Positions 17,622 through 27,527 of a stretch of DNA of 64,000 nt are shown here, piece by piece; within the stretch, counting starts at the first letter, position 1, and each line of letters opens with the position of its first letter. Below the pieces are notes generated by a model that was given only the letters and a program-made list of their open reading frames with translations, searched no databases and was not told where the DNA came from. Source of the stretch: an uncultured Eisenbergiella sp. (GTDB lineage: Bacteria > Bacillota > Clostridia > Lachnospirales > Lachnospiraceae); assembly GCA_947626995.1 (NCBI GenBank), contig CANQUI010000004.1, positions 11,586 to 75,585 on the forward strand, read 5' to 3'. The translations under genes were made by a program, and so were the position numbers.

Positions 17622-19484
17622 TCAGGACCGGGCCGCCCGCAGCGTTCGGGAGGCGTTTAATACGGCCAGTACCATGACGCCCACATCCGCGAAGATCGCC
17701 GCCTGCATGCCGGTGACGCCAAGCGCGCCAAGGATCAGGCAGAGCGCTTTGACGGATAACGAAAAGACAATATTCTGTCTGACGATACGCAGACATTTCC
17801 GGGAGATTTGTATGGCAAGTGAGATCCGGGAGGGATCGTCGTCCATCAGCACGATATCCGCGGCTTCAATGGCGGCGTCGCTGCCCATGGCGCCCATGGC
17901 GATCCCGATGTCTGCGCGGGAAAGGACGGGCGCGTCATTGATGCCGTCCCCCACAAAAGCGAGCCTGGAACGGGGCGGTTTTGCACAAAGGAGCTGTTCG
18001 ACCTGCGCGACCTTATCCGCAGGCAGAAGATTGCTGTGCACCTCCCGGATGCCCAGCTCTTTTGCCGCAGCGTCGGCGGCCTTTTTCGAATCTCCGGTGA
18101 GCATCACCGTGCGGACGCCCTGCGCCTGCAGCTCCCGGATGGCCTGTGGCGCGGTTTTTTTGACGCGGTCGCTTATGAGGATGGAACCGGCAAATTGCTG
18201 TTCAATTGCCACATAGACCACGGTGCCGGCATCTGTGCAGGGAAGGAAGGAGACGCCCAGACGCTCCATCAGGCGGGCGTTTCCCACGGCTGCCCGGCGG
18301 CCGTCCACCAGAGCCGTCACGCCGTTTCCGGCGATTTCCTTTACGTCGGATACGCGGTCTGTGTCGGGCGCGTCTTTCAGCGCGTCGCGCAGGCTTTTGC
18401 TGATGGGATGATTGGAGAAGCTTTCCGCCAGCGCGGCCGTTTCCAGCAGTTCTTTTTTGGCAAAGCCGTCGGAAGGATAGAGGGCGGATACCGAAAAGAC
18501 GCCTTCCGTCAGCGTGCCGGTCTTGTCAAATACCATGGTTTTCGTATCGGCCAGCGCCTCCAGATAGTTTCCGCCTTTCACCAAAATCCCGGCCCGGCTC
18601 GCACCGCCGATCCCGCCGAAGAAGGAGAGGGGGATGCTGATGACCAGGGCGCAGGGACAGCTGATGACCAGAAACGTCAGGGCACGGCTGATCCATTCCA
18701 GCCAGTTGCCCACAAACAGGGGCGGAAGAAACGCCAGCAGCGCCGCGCCGATACAGACGGCGGGCGTATAATAACGGGCGAATTTGGTGATGAAGTTTTC
18801 GGCTTTCGCTTTTTTCATGCTGGAATTTTCCACCAGATCCAGGATCTTTGTCACGGTGGACTGCGCAAAGGGCTTTGTCACCCGTACTTTAAGAAGCCCG
18901 CTGAGATTGACGCAGCCGCTGATGATATCGTCGCCGGCACAAACCTCCCGGGGCAGGCTTTCTCCGGTGAGCGCGCTGGTATTGAGGGTAGAGGAGCCTT
19001 CCAAAATCACCCCGTCCAAAGGGACCCGTTCTCCGGGACGGACCAGGATGATTGCGTCGGGCATAACGGTATCGGGCGAAACCTTCGTGATCTCACCGTC
19101 CAGCTCCAGATTGGCATAGTCGGGACGGATGTCCATCAGCGTCGCTATGCTGCTGCGGCTTTTTCCCACTGCATAGCTTTGGAACAGCTCGCCGATCTGA
19201 TAAAAGAGCATGACCTCTACGCCCTCCGCATAGCTGTCGTTTCCAAACAGGCCCAGTCCCATGGCGCCCACGGTGGCGATTGCCATCAGGAAATTTTCGT
19301 CAAACACTTCCCCGTGGATCACGCCCAACGCCGCCTTGCGCAGGACGTCGTATCCGATGATCAGATAGGGAAGCAGATAGAGCAGAAATTTTCCGATTCC
19401 CGCAACCGGAATAAAATGGATCAAAACAGTCAGCGCTGCGGAAAAAAGAATCCGGAATAAAACTTTCTTTTGCTTTTTGGTCAT
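17622..19484 (-). CDS. cadA: Heavy-metal (Zn/Cd-type) P1B ATPase
   Basis: FDENFLM, TGES, SCPCALVIS, DKTGTLT, GDGINDAP, ADVGV. Confidence 0.93.
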   Translation of the reverse strand: MTKKQKKVLFRILFSAALTVLIHFIPVAGIGKFLLYLLPYLIIGYDVLRKAALGVIHGEVFDENFLMAIATVGAMGLGLFGNDSYAEGVEVMLFYQIGELFQSYAVGKSRSSIATLMDIRPDYANLELDGEITKVSPDTVMPDAIILVRPGERVPLDGVILEGSSTLNTSALTGESLPREVCAGDDIISGCVNLSGLLKVRVTKPFAQSTVTKILDLVENSSMKKAKAENFITKFARYYTPAVCIGAALLAFLPPLFVGNWLEWISRALTFLVISCPCALVISIPLSFFGGIGGASRAGILVKGGNYLEALADTKTMVFDKTGTLTEGVFSVSALYPSDGFAKKELLETAALAESFSNHPISKSLRDALKDAPDTDRVSDVKEIAGNGVTALVDGRRAAVGNARLMERLGVSFLPCTDAGTVVYVAIEQQFAGSILISDRVKKTAPQAIRELQAQGVRTVMLTGDSKKAADAAAKELGIREVHSNLLPADKVAQVEQLLCAKPPRSRLAFVGDGINDAPVLSRADIGIAMGAMGSDAAIEAADIVLMDDDPSRISLAIQISRKCLRIVRQNIVFSLSVKALCLILGALGVTGMQAAIFADVGVMVLAVLNASRTLRAARS

Positions 19485-19508
19485 AGCTTTGTCCTCGCTG
19501 TTCTTTTT

Positions 19509-19724
19509 TTACAGACAGATCTCAAAATCGCCGTCCACCTTTTTGCAGACCTTCACCACATCTTTTAAAACCTTATCAAACTGCGGTTCCTCCGCCTTGA
19601 GCATCATTTTCTGCGCCATAAAGCTGATGGTCACGTCCTCTACGCCCTTTACCCTCCGGGCGGCTTCTTCCATTTTGGCCGCACAGTTTGCGCAGTCCAC
19701 TTCCACCTTAAATTTCTTTTCCAT
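19509..19724 (-). CDS. Heavy-metal-associated (HMA) domain protein
   Basis: VDCANCAAKME CxxC motif; stand-alone metal-binding domain upstream of the ATPase. Confidence 0.88.
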   Translation of the reverse strand: MEKKFKVEVDCANCAAKMEEAARRVKGVEDVTISFMAQKMMLKAEEPQFDKVLKDVVKVCKKVDGDFEICL

Positions 19725-19757
19725 AATTCTGTTCTCCTTTTTTATTTTCCTTTTGCT

Positions 19758-20135
19758 TTATTCTGAAATATGCTCCAGACCCAGAGCGATGATCGTCCGT
19801 ACGTGTTCATCGTCCAGGGAATAGTAGACGGTTTTTCCGTCCCGCCGGAATTTTGCCAGCTTATTGGTTTTGAGAATTCTGAGCTGATGGCTCACCGCAG
19901 AGGGGGTCATATTCAGGCATTGGGCGATATCGTTGACGCAAAGCTCGCTTTCAAACAGCGCGTAGAGAATCTTCACCCGGGTGGAATCGCCGAATACCTT
20001 AAACAATTCGGCCAGATCATAAAGGATCTCGTCGTCCGGGAGCGCGTCGCGGACCTGCTCGATGGCGATCTGCTGCGCCTGGTCTTTTGACTCGCCGGAC
20101 CCGTCGGCGAAGATGCGGACCTCGTTTTTCATCAT
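19758..20135 (-). CDS. ArsR/SmtB-family metal-sensing repressor (CadC/CzrA-like)
   Basis: LAELFKVFGDSTRVKIL, ELCVNDIA, SAVSHQLRILK, alpha-5 site YSLDDEHV...LEH. Confidence 0.93.
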   Translation of the reverse strand: MMKNEVRIFADGSGESKDQAQQIAIEQVRDALPDDEILYDLAELFKVFGDSTRVKILYALFESELCVNDIAQCLNMTPSAVSHQLRILKTNKLAKFRRDGKTVYYSLDDEHVRTIIALGLEHISE

Positions 20136-20149
20136 GGGAACCTCCTTTT

Positions 20150-20201
20150 ATTTGAACAACTGTTCAAATGATAGTATATTCAACCGGAGAGCCGATGTCA
20201 A
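20150..20201 (-). promoter_or_regulatory. Promoter and SmtB-type operator of the ArsR-HMA-ATPase operon
   Basis: Minus strand TTGACA (20201-20196) - 17 bp - TATACT (20178-20173); ATTTGAACA-AC-TGTTCAAAT perfect inverted repeat at 20150-20169. Confidence 0.88.
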
Positions 20202-20219
20202 TAGCGTTTTGAAAAAAAC

Positions 20220-20248
20220 TTGCATTTCCCTTTCCGCCTCGTTATAAT
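20220..20248 (+). promoter_or_regulatory. SigA-type promoter for zapA
   Basis: TTGCAT - 17 bp - TATAAT. Confidence 0.7.
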
Positions 20249-20293
20249 AAAAACGAAACGTTGGGGAAGTTGTGTACGCGAGAGGGAAAAGGT

Positions 20294-20707
20294 ATGGCAG
20301 TCAAGAATAATACGGAAGTGGTCATTGCAGGCAATACGATGACGCTCAGCGGATATGAAAGCGAAGAATACCTGCAAAAGGTTGCCTTCTATATCAACAG
20401 TAAGATCGCGGAATACGGCAAGGTAGACAGCTTCCGCAGACAGTCGGTAGACAGGCAGCATATTTTGCTGGAGTTAAATATCGCGGACGATTACTTTAAG
20501 GCAAAGGAGCAGGTCGAGCTCTATGAAGAGGAGATTGGCGCCAGAGAAAAGGAAGTATACGACTTAAAGCATGAACTGATCGCCGCGCAGATCAAACTGG
20601 AAAACACGGAAAAATCGCTGCGCAGCGCACAGAATGAACTGCAGGAAAGCTCCCGGCAGATCGTTCGGCTGGAGACACAGCTGCGCAATTATAAAACGAA
20701 GGAATGA
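20294..20707 (+). CDS. zapA: Cell division protein ZapA
   Basis: EVVIAG..MTLSGYESEEYLQKVAFYIN, LNIADDYF, coiled-coil tail. Confidence 0.88.
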   Translation: MAVKNNTEVVIAGNTMTLSGYESEEYLQKVAFYINSKIAEYGKVDSFRRQSVDRQHILLELNIADDYFKAKEQVELYEEEIGAREKEVYDLKHELIAAQIKLENTEKSLRSAQNELQESSRQIVRLETQLRNYKTKE

Positions 20708-20710
20708 TAC

Positions 20711-20741
20711 AAAGAGGGCTGTCGCAGGACGGCCCTTTTTT
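20711..20741 (+). terminator. Intrinsic terminator between zapA and the U32 gene
   Basis: AAAGAGGGCTGTC-GCAG-GACGGCCCTTTTTT. Confidence 0.7.
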
Positions 20742-20762
20742 CAAAACCAAAGGAGGGCAACA

Positions 20763-22970
20763 TTGGGCAGGAAGGTGGAACTGCTGGCGCCGGCGGGCGA
20801 TATGGAATGTCTCAAAGCGGCCATTGCCGCCGGCGCGGATGCGGTATATCTGGGCGGAAAACGGTATGGGGCGCGCGCGTTCGCGGGAAATTTTGAGGAG
20901 AAGGAATTGCTGGAGGCCATTGACCTTTCTCATTTTTTTGGCGTAAAGGTGTATCTGACGGTCAACACCCTGACAAAGGACAGGGAGTTAGAAGAACTGG
21001 AAAGCTGGATGCGCCCGTTTTATCGCTCCGGTCTGGACGGCGTGATCGTACAGGATCTGGGCGTTTTGGAAAGGTGCAGAAACGCGTTTCCGGACTTGCC
21101 GCTGCACGCCAGCACGCAGATGACCGTGACGGAATCCTCCGCGGCGCTTTTTTTAAAACGGCTTGGCGTCAGCCGGATTGTGCCCGCCCGGGAACTAAGC
21201 CTTGCCGAGCTGATCACGTTAAAAAAAGAAAGCGGGATGGAACTGGAAACCTTCATACACGGCGCCCTCTGTTACTGTTATTCGGGGCAATGCCTGTTTT
21301 CCAGTATGCTGGGCGGACGAAGCGGCAACCGGGGAAGATGCGCCCAGCCCTGTCGGCAGCCCTATTCGATCGAGGAAAAAGGCAGGCGGCTGACGCCGGA
21401 GGAATATCCGCTCAGCCTGAAGGATCTTTGCACGCTTCCTTTTTTGCCCGAACTGATCCGGGGAGGCATTGATTCCTTCAAAATAGAAGGACGCATGAAG
21501 GGGCCGGTTTACGTTGCGGCTGTGACGGCCATCTATCGGAAGTATCTCGATCTTTTTGAGACCTCGCCGGATAACTGGAGCGTACAGCAGAAGGATCTGG
21601 AGGTTTTAAACCGGCTGTACGTGCGGGGCGGTTCGGACGGCGGCTATTACCACAAACACAACGCGAGGCAGATGCTGACCTTAACAAATCCCGGCTATAC
21701 GGGCTGTGACCCCGCCTTTTTGGAGACGGTCAAAACCCGTTTCCTCTCCACAGAACCGTCCCGTCCGGTGTCCATGACCCTCACCCTTACGCCCGGCGCG
21801 CCGGCCGTCCTTTGCGCTGTATGCGACGGTACTGCCGTGACAACAAAGGGGATGGAAGTGATGGAGGCCGTCAAAAAACCGCTGACGCAGGAGGATGTGC
21901 GCCGGCAGCTGGTTCGGACGGGAGGCTCTCATTTTCACGCGGCGCATCTGCAAATTTGTCTCACCGATCCGTGTTTTCTGCCGGTGTCGGCCTTAAACGA
22001 CCTGCGCCGGAAGGGACTGGAAGCCCTCTATGAAAAAATGGTCCAACCCGGCAGACGAACCCGGCAGGCTCCGCTTTGTGCGCCTGCCCGAAGCGAACAG
22101 GCACATAAAACGATCCCGGCATCGGATGCGTTGCCCTTTTTTGTTTCCGTCCTCACCGCAGAACAGGCGAAAGCGGCGGTTTCTCACCCGGCCGTTCAAC
22201 GGCTGTACCTGCCGTCCGATGTTGCGCAAAGCCAAGCAAAAGACGGGACGCTTTGGGAGGCGATTCGAAGCAGGAAAGAGAAAAACCGGGATTTTTCCCT
22301 GTTCCTTTCCCTCCCCGTTCTTTTGCGCCTGCCTTCCCGAAACGAACTGCAGGAGCTTGCGCAATGGCTGACGGGCACAAAAGAGGGCGCGATGACGGAC
22401 GGTTTTCTACTTTCCGGCCTGTCGGGACTTTGTTGGGCCGGCCGCCAGAACAAAAAGCTGAGCCTGAACCATTCGCTGTATGTGTTTAATCGGGAAACGC
22501 TGGCTTTGTATATGCGTCACTTTCCGATAGACAGTTTTACCGCGCCTCTGGAACTGAACCGATTCGAGCAGCGTGCCCTCGACGCCTGTTTTCAGGAGCG
22601 GATGGTCTATGGAAGAATCCCTATGATGATCAGCGCCAACTGTGTAAAAAAGACGGCGGGACTGTGCGGGCAGGACGGGGACAAAACCGCGCAGATAAAG
22701 ATGTGGTTTTTCCTGCGGGATCGCTATCAGGCAAAGTTTCCGGTGTTTGTGGACTGCGCGCACTGCATGAATACCATTTATAATTCCGTGCCCCTGTCTT
22801 TGCACCAGCACCTTTCCCAGATCGCACAGGACGGCGCAGGGGCCTTCCGGCTGGATTTTACCGAGGAAAGTCCGGCGCAGACGGCAGAGATCCTGCGTCT
22901 GTTTGCCGAAAAAAAGCAGACGGTCCCCTATGCCTATACGGTGGGACATTACAAAAAAGGGGTATCCTGA
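20763..22970 (+). CDS. U32-family protein with DUF3656-type extension (RlhA-like RNA hydroxylation factor)
   Basis: ELLAPAG, GADAVYLG, HASTQMT, ETFIHGALCYCYSGQCLFSS, NRGRCAQPCR, KIEGRMK; TTG start after AGGAGG. Confidence 0.88.
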   Translation: MGRKVELLAPAGDMECLKAAIAAGADAVYLGGKRYGARAFAGNFEEKELLEAIDLSHFFGVKVYLTVNTLTKDRELEELESWMRPFYRSGLDGVIVQDLGVLERCRNAFPDLPLHASTQMTVTESSAALFLKRLGVSRIVPARELSLAELITLKKESGMELETFIHGALCYCYSGQCLFSSMLGGRSGNRGRCAQPCRQPYSIEEKGRRLTPEEYPLSLKDLCTLPFLPELIRGGIDSFKIEGRMKGPVYVAAVTAIYRKYLDLFETSPDNWSVQQKDLEVLNRLYVRGGSDGGYYHKHNARQMLTLTNPGYTGCDPAFLETVKTRFLSTEPSRPVSMTLTLTPGAPAVLCAVCDGTAVTTKGMEVMEAVKKPLTQEDVRRQLVRTGGSHFHAAHLQICLTDPCFLPVSALNDLRRKGLEALYEKMVQPGRRTRQAPLCAPARSEQAHKTIPASDALPFFVSVLTAEQAKAAVSHPAVQRLYLPSDVAQSQAKDGTLWEAIRSRKEKNRDFSLFLSLPVLLRLPSRNELQELAQWLTGTKEGAMTDGFLLSGLSGLCWAGRQNKKLSLNHSLYVFNRETLALYMRHFPIDSFTAPLELNRFEQRALDACFQERMVYGRIPMMISANCVKKTAGLCGQDGDKTAQIKMWFFLRDRYQAKFPVFVDCAHCMNTIYNSVPLSLHQHLSQIAQDGAGAFRLDFTEESPAQTAEILRLFAEKKQTVPYAYTVGHYKKGVS

Positions 22971-22971
22971 T

Positions 22972-24321
22972 TTGAACGTTTTGATCGCGGCCTATTCCAA
23001 ATACTTTATCACGCTGTTTCTCTGGCTATTTCTGGGATGCGCCTTTGTTTCGCTGCGCTATGTCAGCGTGAGAAAGCAGCGCAGGGTGGCGCTGGTGCAG
23101 AGCCTGTTTTTGTTTTTATCCCAATTGGCCGTCGGGTGGACCATCGGGATTCGGACCGGGCGGCTTTCGTATCTGATTCTGTATGCGTTTGTGTCGGTTC
23201 TGACGCTGGCGGTACTGGTGTTTACCGTCCTGATTTATCCCGGAGCGAACCTGGTTTTGCTCAACGCCATGTGTATGCTTGTTCACGCCGGCATGATCGT
23301 ACTGACCAGAATCAATCCGGATCGGGCGGTCCGGCAGCTTGTGATCGCGGCGATTTCCTTTTTCCTGGCCATGTTTGTTCCCTTTGTGATGGGAAAATTC
23401 CCCATGCTGCGGCGGTACGGCGGAATCTATGCCGCCTGCGGGATCGGGGCGCTGGCGCTGGTGCTGGTCCTGGGGCGGCTGACAAACGGTTCCCGGCTTT
23501 CTTTTACCATAAGCAGCATTACGTTTCAGCCCTCGGAACTGGTCAAAATCACATACGTCTTTTTTCTGGCCTCCCTGCTTGGCGCAGAGCCCGGGTTTTT
23601 CAAAATCCTTTCGGCCGGGGCCCTGGCGGCCCTCCATGTGCTGATCCTGGTGTTTTCCAAAGATCTGGGAAGCGCGCTGATCTATTATGTCGTCGCCGTC
23701 ATGATGATCACCATCGCGTCCCATCGGCTCCGGTATGCTTTGGCGGGGGCGGTACTGGGCGGTTTTGCGTCTGTGGCAGCGTATGCTCTTTTTCCCCATG
23801 TGCAGGTCAGGGTGCAGGCCTTTTTGGACCCCTGGAGCGTGGTGGACAGTCAGGGGTATCAGATCACCCAGTCGCTGTTTGCCTTAAGCCGGGGCGGGTG
23901 GTTCGGCCTTGGCATCGGGAAGGGAACGCCGGGGGACATTCCTTTTGTCGAGACGGATTTTATCTTTTCCGCCCTGACGGAAGAGATGGGCCTGCTGTTT
24001 GGAATCGGCATTGTGTTGACCGGAGTGGTGATTTTTTTGATTCTGATGCGTCTGGCCTGCGGCATCCGGGACGGGTTTTACAAAAATCTGACCGTGGGAT
24101 TTGGCGTATCTGTTGTGGTACAGCTTTTTTTGACCGTCGGCGGGGGGACGAAGTTCATTCCCCTGACGGGGGTGACGCTGCCGCTGGTCAGTTACGGAGG
24201 AAGCAGCGTCCTGGCTACGGTGTTGATGCTCTACGTGGTGCAGGGAATTTATCAGCTTCGCTACAATGAGGAAAGAAAACTTGAACAAAAAAGAAAAAAA
24301 GAAGAAAAACAACAGGCGTAA
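22972..24321 (+). CDS. FtsW/RodA/SpoVE family peptidoglycan polymerase
   Basis: FQPSELVK, KDLGSAL, GYQITQSL, TDFIFSAL.EE.G, PLTGVTLPLVSYGGSS; TTG start inferred. Confidence 0.93.
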   Translation: MNVLIAAYSKYFITLFLWLFLGCAFVSLRYVSVRKQRRVALVQSLFLFLSQLAVGWTIGIRTGRLSYLILYAFVSVLTLAVLVFTVLIYPGANLVLLNAMCMLVHAGMIVLTRINPDRAVRQLVIAAISFFLAMFVPFVMGKFPMLRRYGGIYAACGIGALALVLVLGRLTNGSRLSFTISSITFQPSELVKITYVFFLASLLGAEPGFFKILSAGALAALHVLILVFSKDLGSALIYYVVAVMMITIASHRLRYALAGAVLGGFASVAAYALFPHVQVRVQAFLDPWSVVDSQGYQITQSLFALSRGGWFGLGIGKGTPGDIPFVETDFIFSALTEEMGLLFGIGIVLTGVVIFLILMRLACGIRDGFYKNLTVGFGVSVVVQLFLTVGGGTKFIPLTGVTLPLVSYGGSSVLATVLMLYVVQGIYQLRYNEERKLEQKRKKEEKQQA

Positions 24322-25714
24322 CCGGGAGATTCGCCTGTTTACCGCCTTGTTTCTCTGCCTTTTTGCGGTGCTTTTTACTTATCTGGCGCATTATGTGACG
24401 GCAAACAGGGAGGCGCTGTTTAATCACAGCTACAATTCCCGGCAGCGGGTATTGGCGCAGGAGAATATCCGGGGCAGTATTTACGCCTCCTCGGGAGAAG
24501 TGCTGGCGTATACGGTCATCGGGCAGGATCAGGAACAAAAAAGGGAATATCCCTACGCCGAACTGTTCGCCCATGTGGTCGGCTACAGCGACAAGGGAAA
24601 GACCGGCATAGAGGCGCTGGAAAATTATACGCTCAGCAATGCCGATCTTTCGGAAAAGAAAAAGCTGGACAATGAACTGGCCGGCGTCAGGAATCCCGCA
24701 AACAACGTGTATACCACGCTGGACGTGAAGCTCCAGGAAACCGCCAGCGACGCGCTGGGCGCGTTTAGGGGCGCCATCGTGGTGACGGAGATCAAAACGG
24801 GCCGGATCCTTGCCATGGTCAGCAAGCCCGATTTCGATCCCAATCAGATCGCCGCAATCTGGGAGGATGTGAGGGAGGATACGCAGGAAGCGCCGCTTTT
24901 AAACCGGGCAACCCAGGGCCTTTATCCGCCCGGTTCCACCTTTAAGATCGTAACGGCGCTTTCCTATCTCCGCCAGAATCCGGATACCTGGCAGGAGTAT
25001 GAATACCAGTGCACCGGCGCGTATCAAAACGGAAAGAACCGGATCGAATGTTATCATGGTACGGTGCACGGACGCGTGGATTTTACGGACTCCTTTGCCA
25101 AATCCTGCAACAGCTCCTTTGCCAATATGGGGATGCAAATCGACCGGGAGATTTTTGCCGAAACACTCCGGGACCTTTTGTTTCATCAGCCGCTTCCTCT
25201 TTCTATTGCGTACAGTCAGACCGACGTTTCCCTTTCGCGCGACAGCACCGACGGGGAAGTGATGCAGATTGCCATCGGGCAGGGGAAGACGCAGATTACG
25301 CCGATACAGCTCAATCTCATCACCGCCGCCATTGCAAACGACGGCCTTTTGATGACGCCGATTCTGGTGGACCGGGTGGAAAACGCCGAAGGCAGGACGC
25401 TGCAGGAAAAGGAAAGCACGCCGTACCGCCGGCTCCTTTCCCAAAAAGAGGCAAGTGTCTTAAGAGGGCTGATGGAGGCCGTAGTCAGGGAAGGCACCGG
25501 CAGGAAATTAAACGGTCTGTCCTATACGGCGGCGGGAAAGACCGGAAGCGCGCAGTTTAACCAGGTCAGGGAGGATTCCCATGCCTGGTTTACCGGATAC
25601 GCGCCGGCAGAGGACCCGCAGATCGCCGTTACGGTCCTTGTGGAGCAGGTCGGTTCCGGCGGGGATTATGCCGTGCCGCTGGCAAAGAGGGTATTTGACA
25701 CCTGGTTTTCATAG
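24266..25714 (+). CDS. Class B penicillin-binding transpeptidase
   Basis: RGSIY, LNRATQGLYPPGSTFK (SxxK), SCN (SxN), GKTGSA (KTG); the start may be slightly downstream. Confidence 0.92.
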   Translation: MRKENLNKKEKKKKNNRRNREIRLFTALFLCLFAVLFTYLAHYVTANREALFNHSYNSRQRVLAQENIRGSIYASSGEVLAYTVIGQDQEQKREYPYAELFAHVVGYSDKGKTGIEALENYTLSNADLSEKKKLDNELAGVRNPANNVYTTLDVKLQETASDALGAFRGAIVVTEIKTGRILAMVSKPDFDPNQIAAIWEDVREDTQEAPLLNRATQGLYPPGSTFKIVTALSYLRQNPDTWQEYEYQCTGAYQNGKNRIECYHGTVHGRVDFTDSFAKSCNSSFANMGMQIDREIFAETLRDLLFHQPLPLSIAYSQTDVSLSRDSTDGEVMQIAIGQGKTQITPIQLNLITAAIANDGLLMTPILVDRVENAEGRTLQEKESTPYRRLLSQKEASVLRGLMEAVVREGTGRKLNGLSYTAAGKTGSAQFNQVREDSHAWFTGYAPAEDPQIAVTVLVEQVGSGGDYAVPLAKRVFDTWFS

Positions 25715-25814
25715 GGCGATTTTATGCTTTTTTCGGGATGGGACTTGCCCTGTCCCCCTTTTTGGGATATACTTGTGTTCAGAACGTCGTATCGCCTATA
25801 CAGGAGGAATTGCA

Positions 25815-26267
25815 GTGATTGAGGCAACGAGCTGTGGCGGTGTAGTAATTTTTCGGGGAAAGATCCTTCTTTTGTACAAGAACTACCGGAACAAATATGA
25901 AGGATGGGTTCTTCCAAAGGGAACCGTGGAAGCGGGCGAGGATTATAAACAGACCGCATTGCGGGAAGTGCTTGAAGAAAGCGGCTCCCGGGCTTCCATC
26001 ATCAAGTATATCGGCAAGAGCGAATATACGTTCAATGTGCCCGAGGATACGGTGGAAAAGGACGTCCATTGGTATCTGATGATGGCGGACAGTTATTACA
26101 GCAAACCGCAAAGAGAAGAGTTTTTCATGGATTCCGGCTTCTATAAGTATCATGAGGCCTACCATCTTTTAAAATTTGCCAACGAAAAGCAGATTCTGGA
26201 GAAAGCCTATCACGAATATCTGGAATTAAAAAAGAGCAATCTCTGGGGCAGCCGTAAGTACTATTGA
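25815..26267 (+). CDS. NUDIX hydrolase
   Basis: Nudix box GTVEAGEDYKQTALREVLEESG; GTG start after AGGAGG. Confidence 0.88.
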   Translation: MIEATSCGGVVIFRGKILLLYKNYRNKYEGWVLPKGTVEAGEDYKQTALREVLEESGSRASIIKYIGKSEYTFNVPEDTVEKDVHWYLMMADSYYSKPQREEFFMDSGFYKYHEAYHLLKFANEKQILEKAYHEYLELKKSNLWGSRKYY

Positions 26268-26283
26268 CAGGATTGGGGCAAGC

Positions 26284-26616
26284 GTGCTGTTTATGGAATT
26301 CTATCAAAACTTATATGTTGGGAAATCCGTCAAAAAAGTAAATACTGTAAAAAGAAAACTCCGTTCTGGGGCAGGGCAGTTTTCGATCTATCTGATCAGT
26401 ATCGCCCAAAACAAAGATCAGCTGGAGATTTTTCACAGCGGCCTGTTGAAACAAAAGCATTTTCCCCGTAAGGATCTGTATGTGGTGGGGATTGCGGGCA
26501 GTAAGGACGAGGCGTATCAGTTGGTCGGCCTGATGCTGGGCGATACGCTGCGCGCCGGTTTTTGCGGCGATATCAAGCGGTTCCTTCTGCGCGAGGCAAA
26601 AGGGGGCGTGGGATGA
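26284..26616 (+). CDS. Conserved hypothetical protein
   Basis: Clean ORF in operon context (FYQNLYVG...QLEIFHS...YVVGIA); start 26284 or 26293. Confidence 0.7.
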   Translation: MLFMEFYQNLYVGKSVKKVNTVKRKLRSGAGQFSIYLISIAQNKDQLEIFHSGLLKQKHFPRKDLYVVGIAGSKDEAYQLVGLMLGDTLRAGFCGDIKRFLLREAKGGVG

Positions 26617-27527
26617 CCATTTTTCTCGGGATCCTGAAAGGGATCGGTATTTTTCTCCTTTGTCTTTTGGCCGTCCTCTTCCTGGTTTTGCTGCTGATTC
26701 TTCTGGTACCGGTCCGGTATCGCCTCCAGGGCCGCTTTGAAAAGAAACTGACGGTCCGGGCGCAGGCGTCCTGGCTTTTGCGATTTCTTTTTGTCCGTGT
26801 GGATTTTGACAGCGGCGCGCTGGCCTTTCAGATCAGGCTGGCAGGATTTTTGCTTGCGCCAAAAAAGCCCGGGGCCAATCCTACAAAAGGCGGCGATAAA
26901 AACGCGCAGACGGCACAGTCCGAACCGCCCAAACCGTCGGCGCCCGACCCTACTGCGGCCTGTCTGGATGACGCAAAAGAGCGCACGGCGCAGAGCACGC
27001 CAAAGGAGGAGCCTAAACCAAAAGAAGAAGCGTTTGACCGGACAGAGACCAAACGGGCCTCTTTTGAGGAACGGGTCGATTCGTGGGCGGAAGCCTTGCG
27101 GCTCAAACTGGAGGAGTCAGAAAAGAAGCTGACACGGCTTTGCGACAATCTGGACTATTATGTGGATCTGTGGCAACAGGAGGGTACCAGAATCGCGCTG
27201 ACGACGGCAGTCGGGCAGTTTGCCCGGATCTTTCGTCACATCCTTCCCCGCGAATTTTCCCTGAATTGCATCCTGGGGACAAAAGACCCGGCGTCTTTGG
27301 GACAGCTTATGGCGCTGCAGGGTATGTGTTATCCCCTTTTGCATCGTTATGTCAGGATAGAACCGGATTTTGAGAAGCAAAGACTGGAAGGCGAGCTTTT
27401 GGCAAAGGGCAGGATCCGTATCCTTTTCCTGTTGGTATGTGTGCTGAGAATCTTATTGAAAAAAGAAGTTCTGCGTCTGATCAAACGGCTGCGCAGAAAG
27501 AAGGAGGATGGAAATGGCTGCAAATAA
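26613..27527 (+). CDS. DUF2953 domain protein
   Basis: TM anchor followed by LLVPVRY; GTKDPASLG; IEPDFE; adjacent to a GerW gene, as usual for this family. Confidence 0.8.
   Translation: MTIFLGILKGIGIFLLCLLAVLFLVLLLILLVPVRYRLQGRFEKKLTVRAQASWLLRFLFVRVDFDSGALAFQIRLAGFLLAPKKPGANPTKGGDKNAQTAQSEPPKPSAPDPTAACLDDAKERTAQSTPKEEPKPKEEAFDRTETKRASFEERVDSWAEALRLKLEESEKKLTRLCDNLDYYVDLWQQEGTRIALTTAVGQFARIFRHILPREFSLNCILGTKDPASLGQLMALQGMCYPLLHRYVRIEPDFEKQRLEGELLAKGRIRILFLLVCVLRILLKKEVLRLIKRLRRKKEDGNGCK

Noticed and set aside
18036-19460. 474-aa + strand ORF opposite the P-type ATPase (similarly 31044-32522, 53212-53937, 23037-24269 and other long alternative-frame ORFs)
   Set aside because: Shadow ORFs of GC-rich genes with clear family motifs; they have no motifs or RBS of their own.
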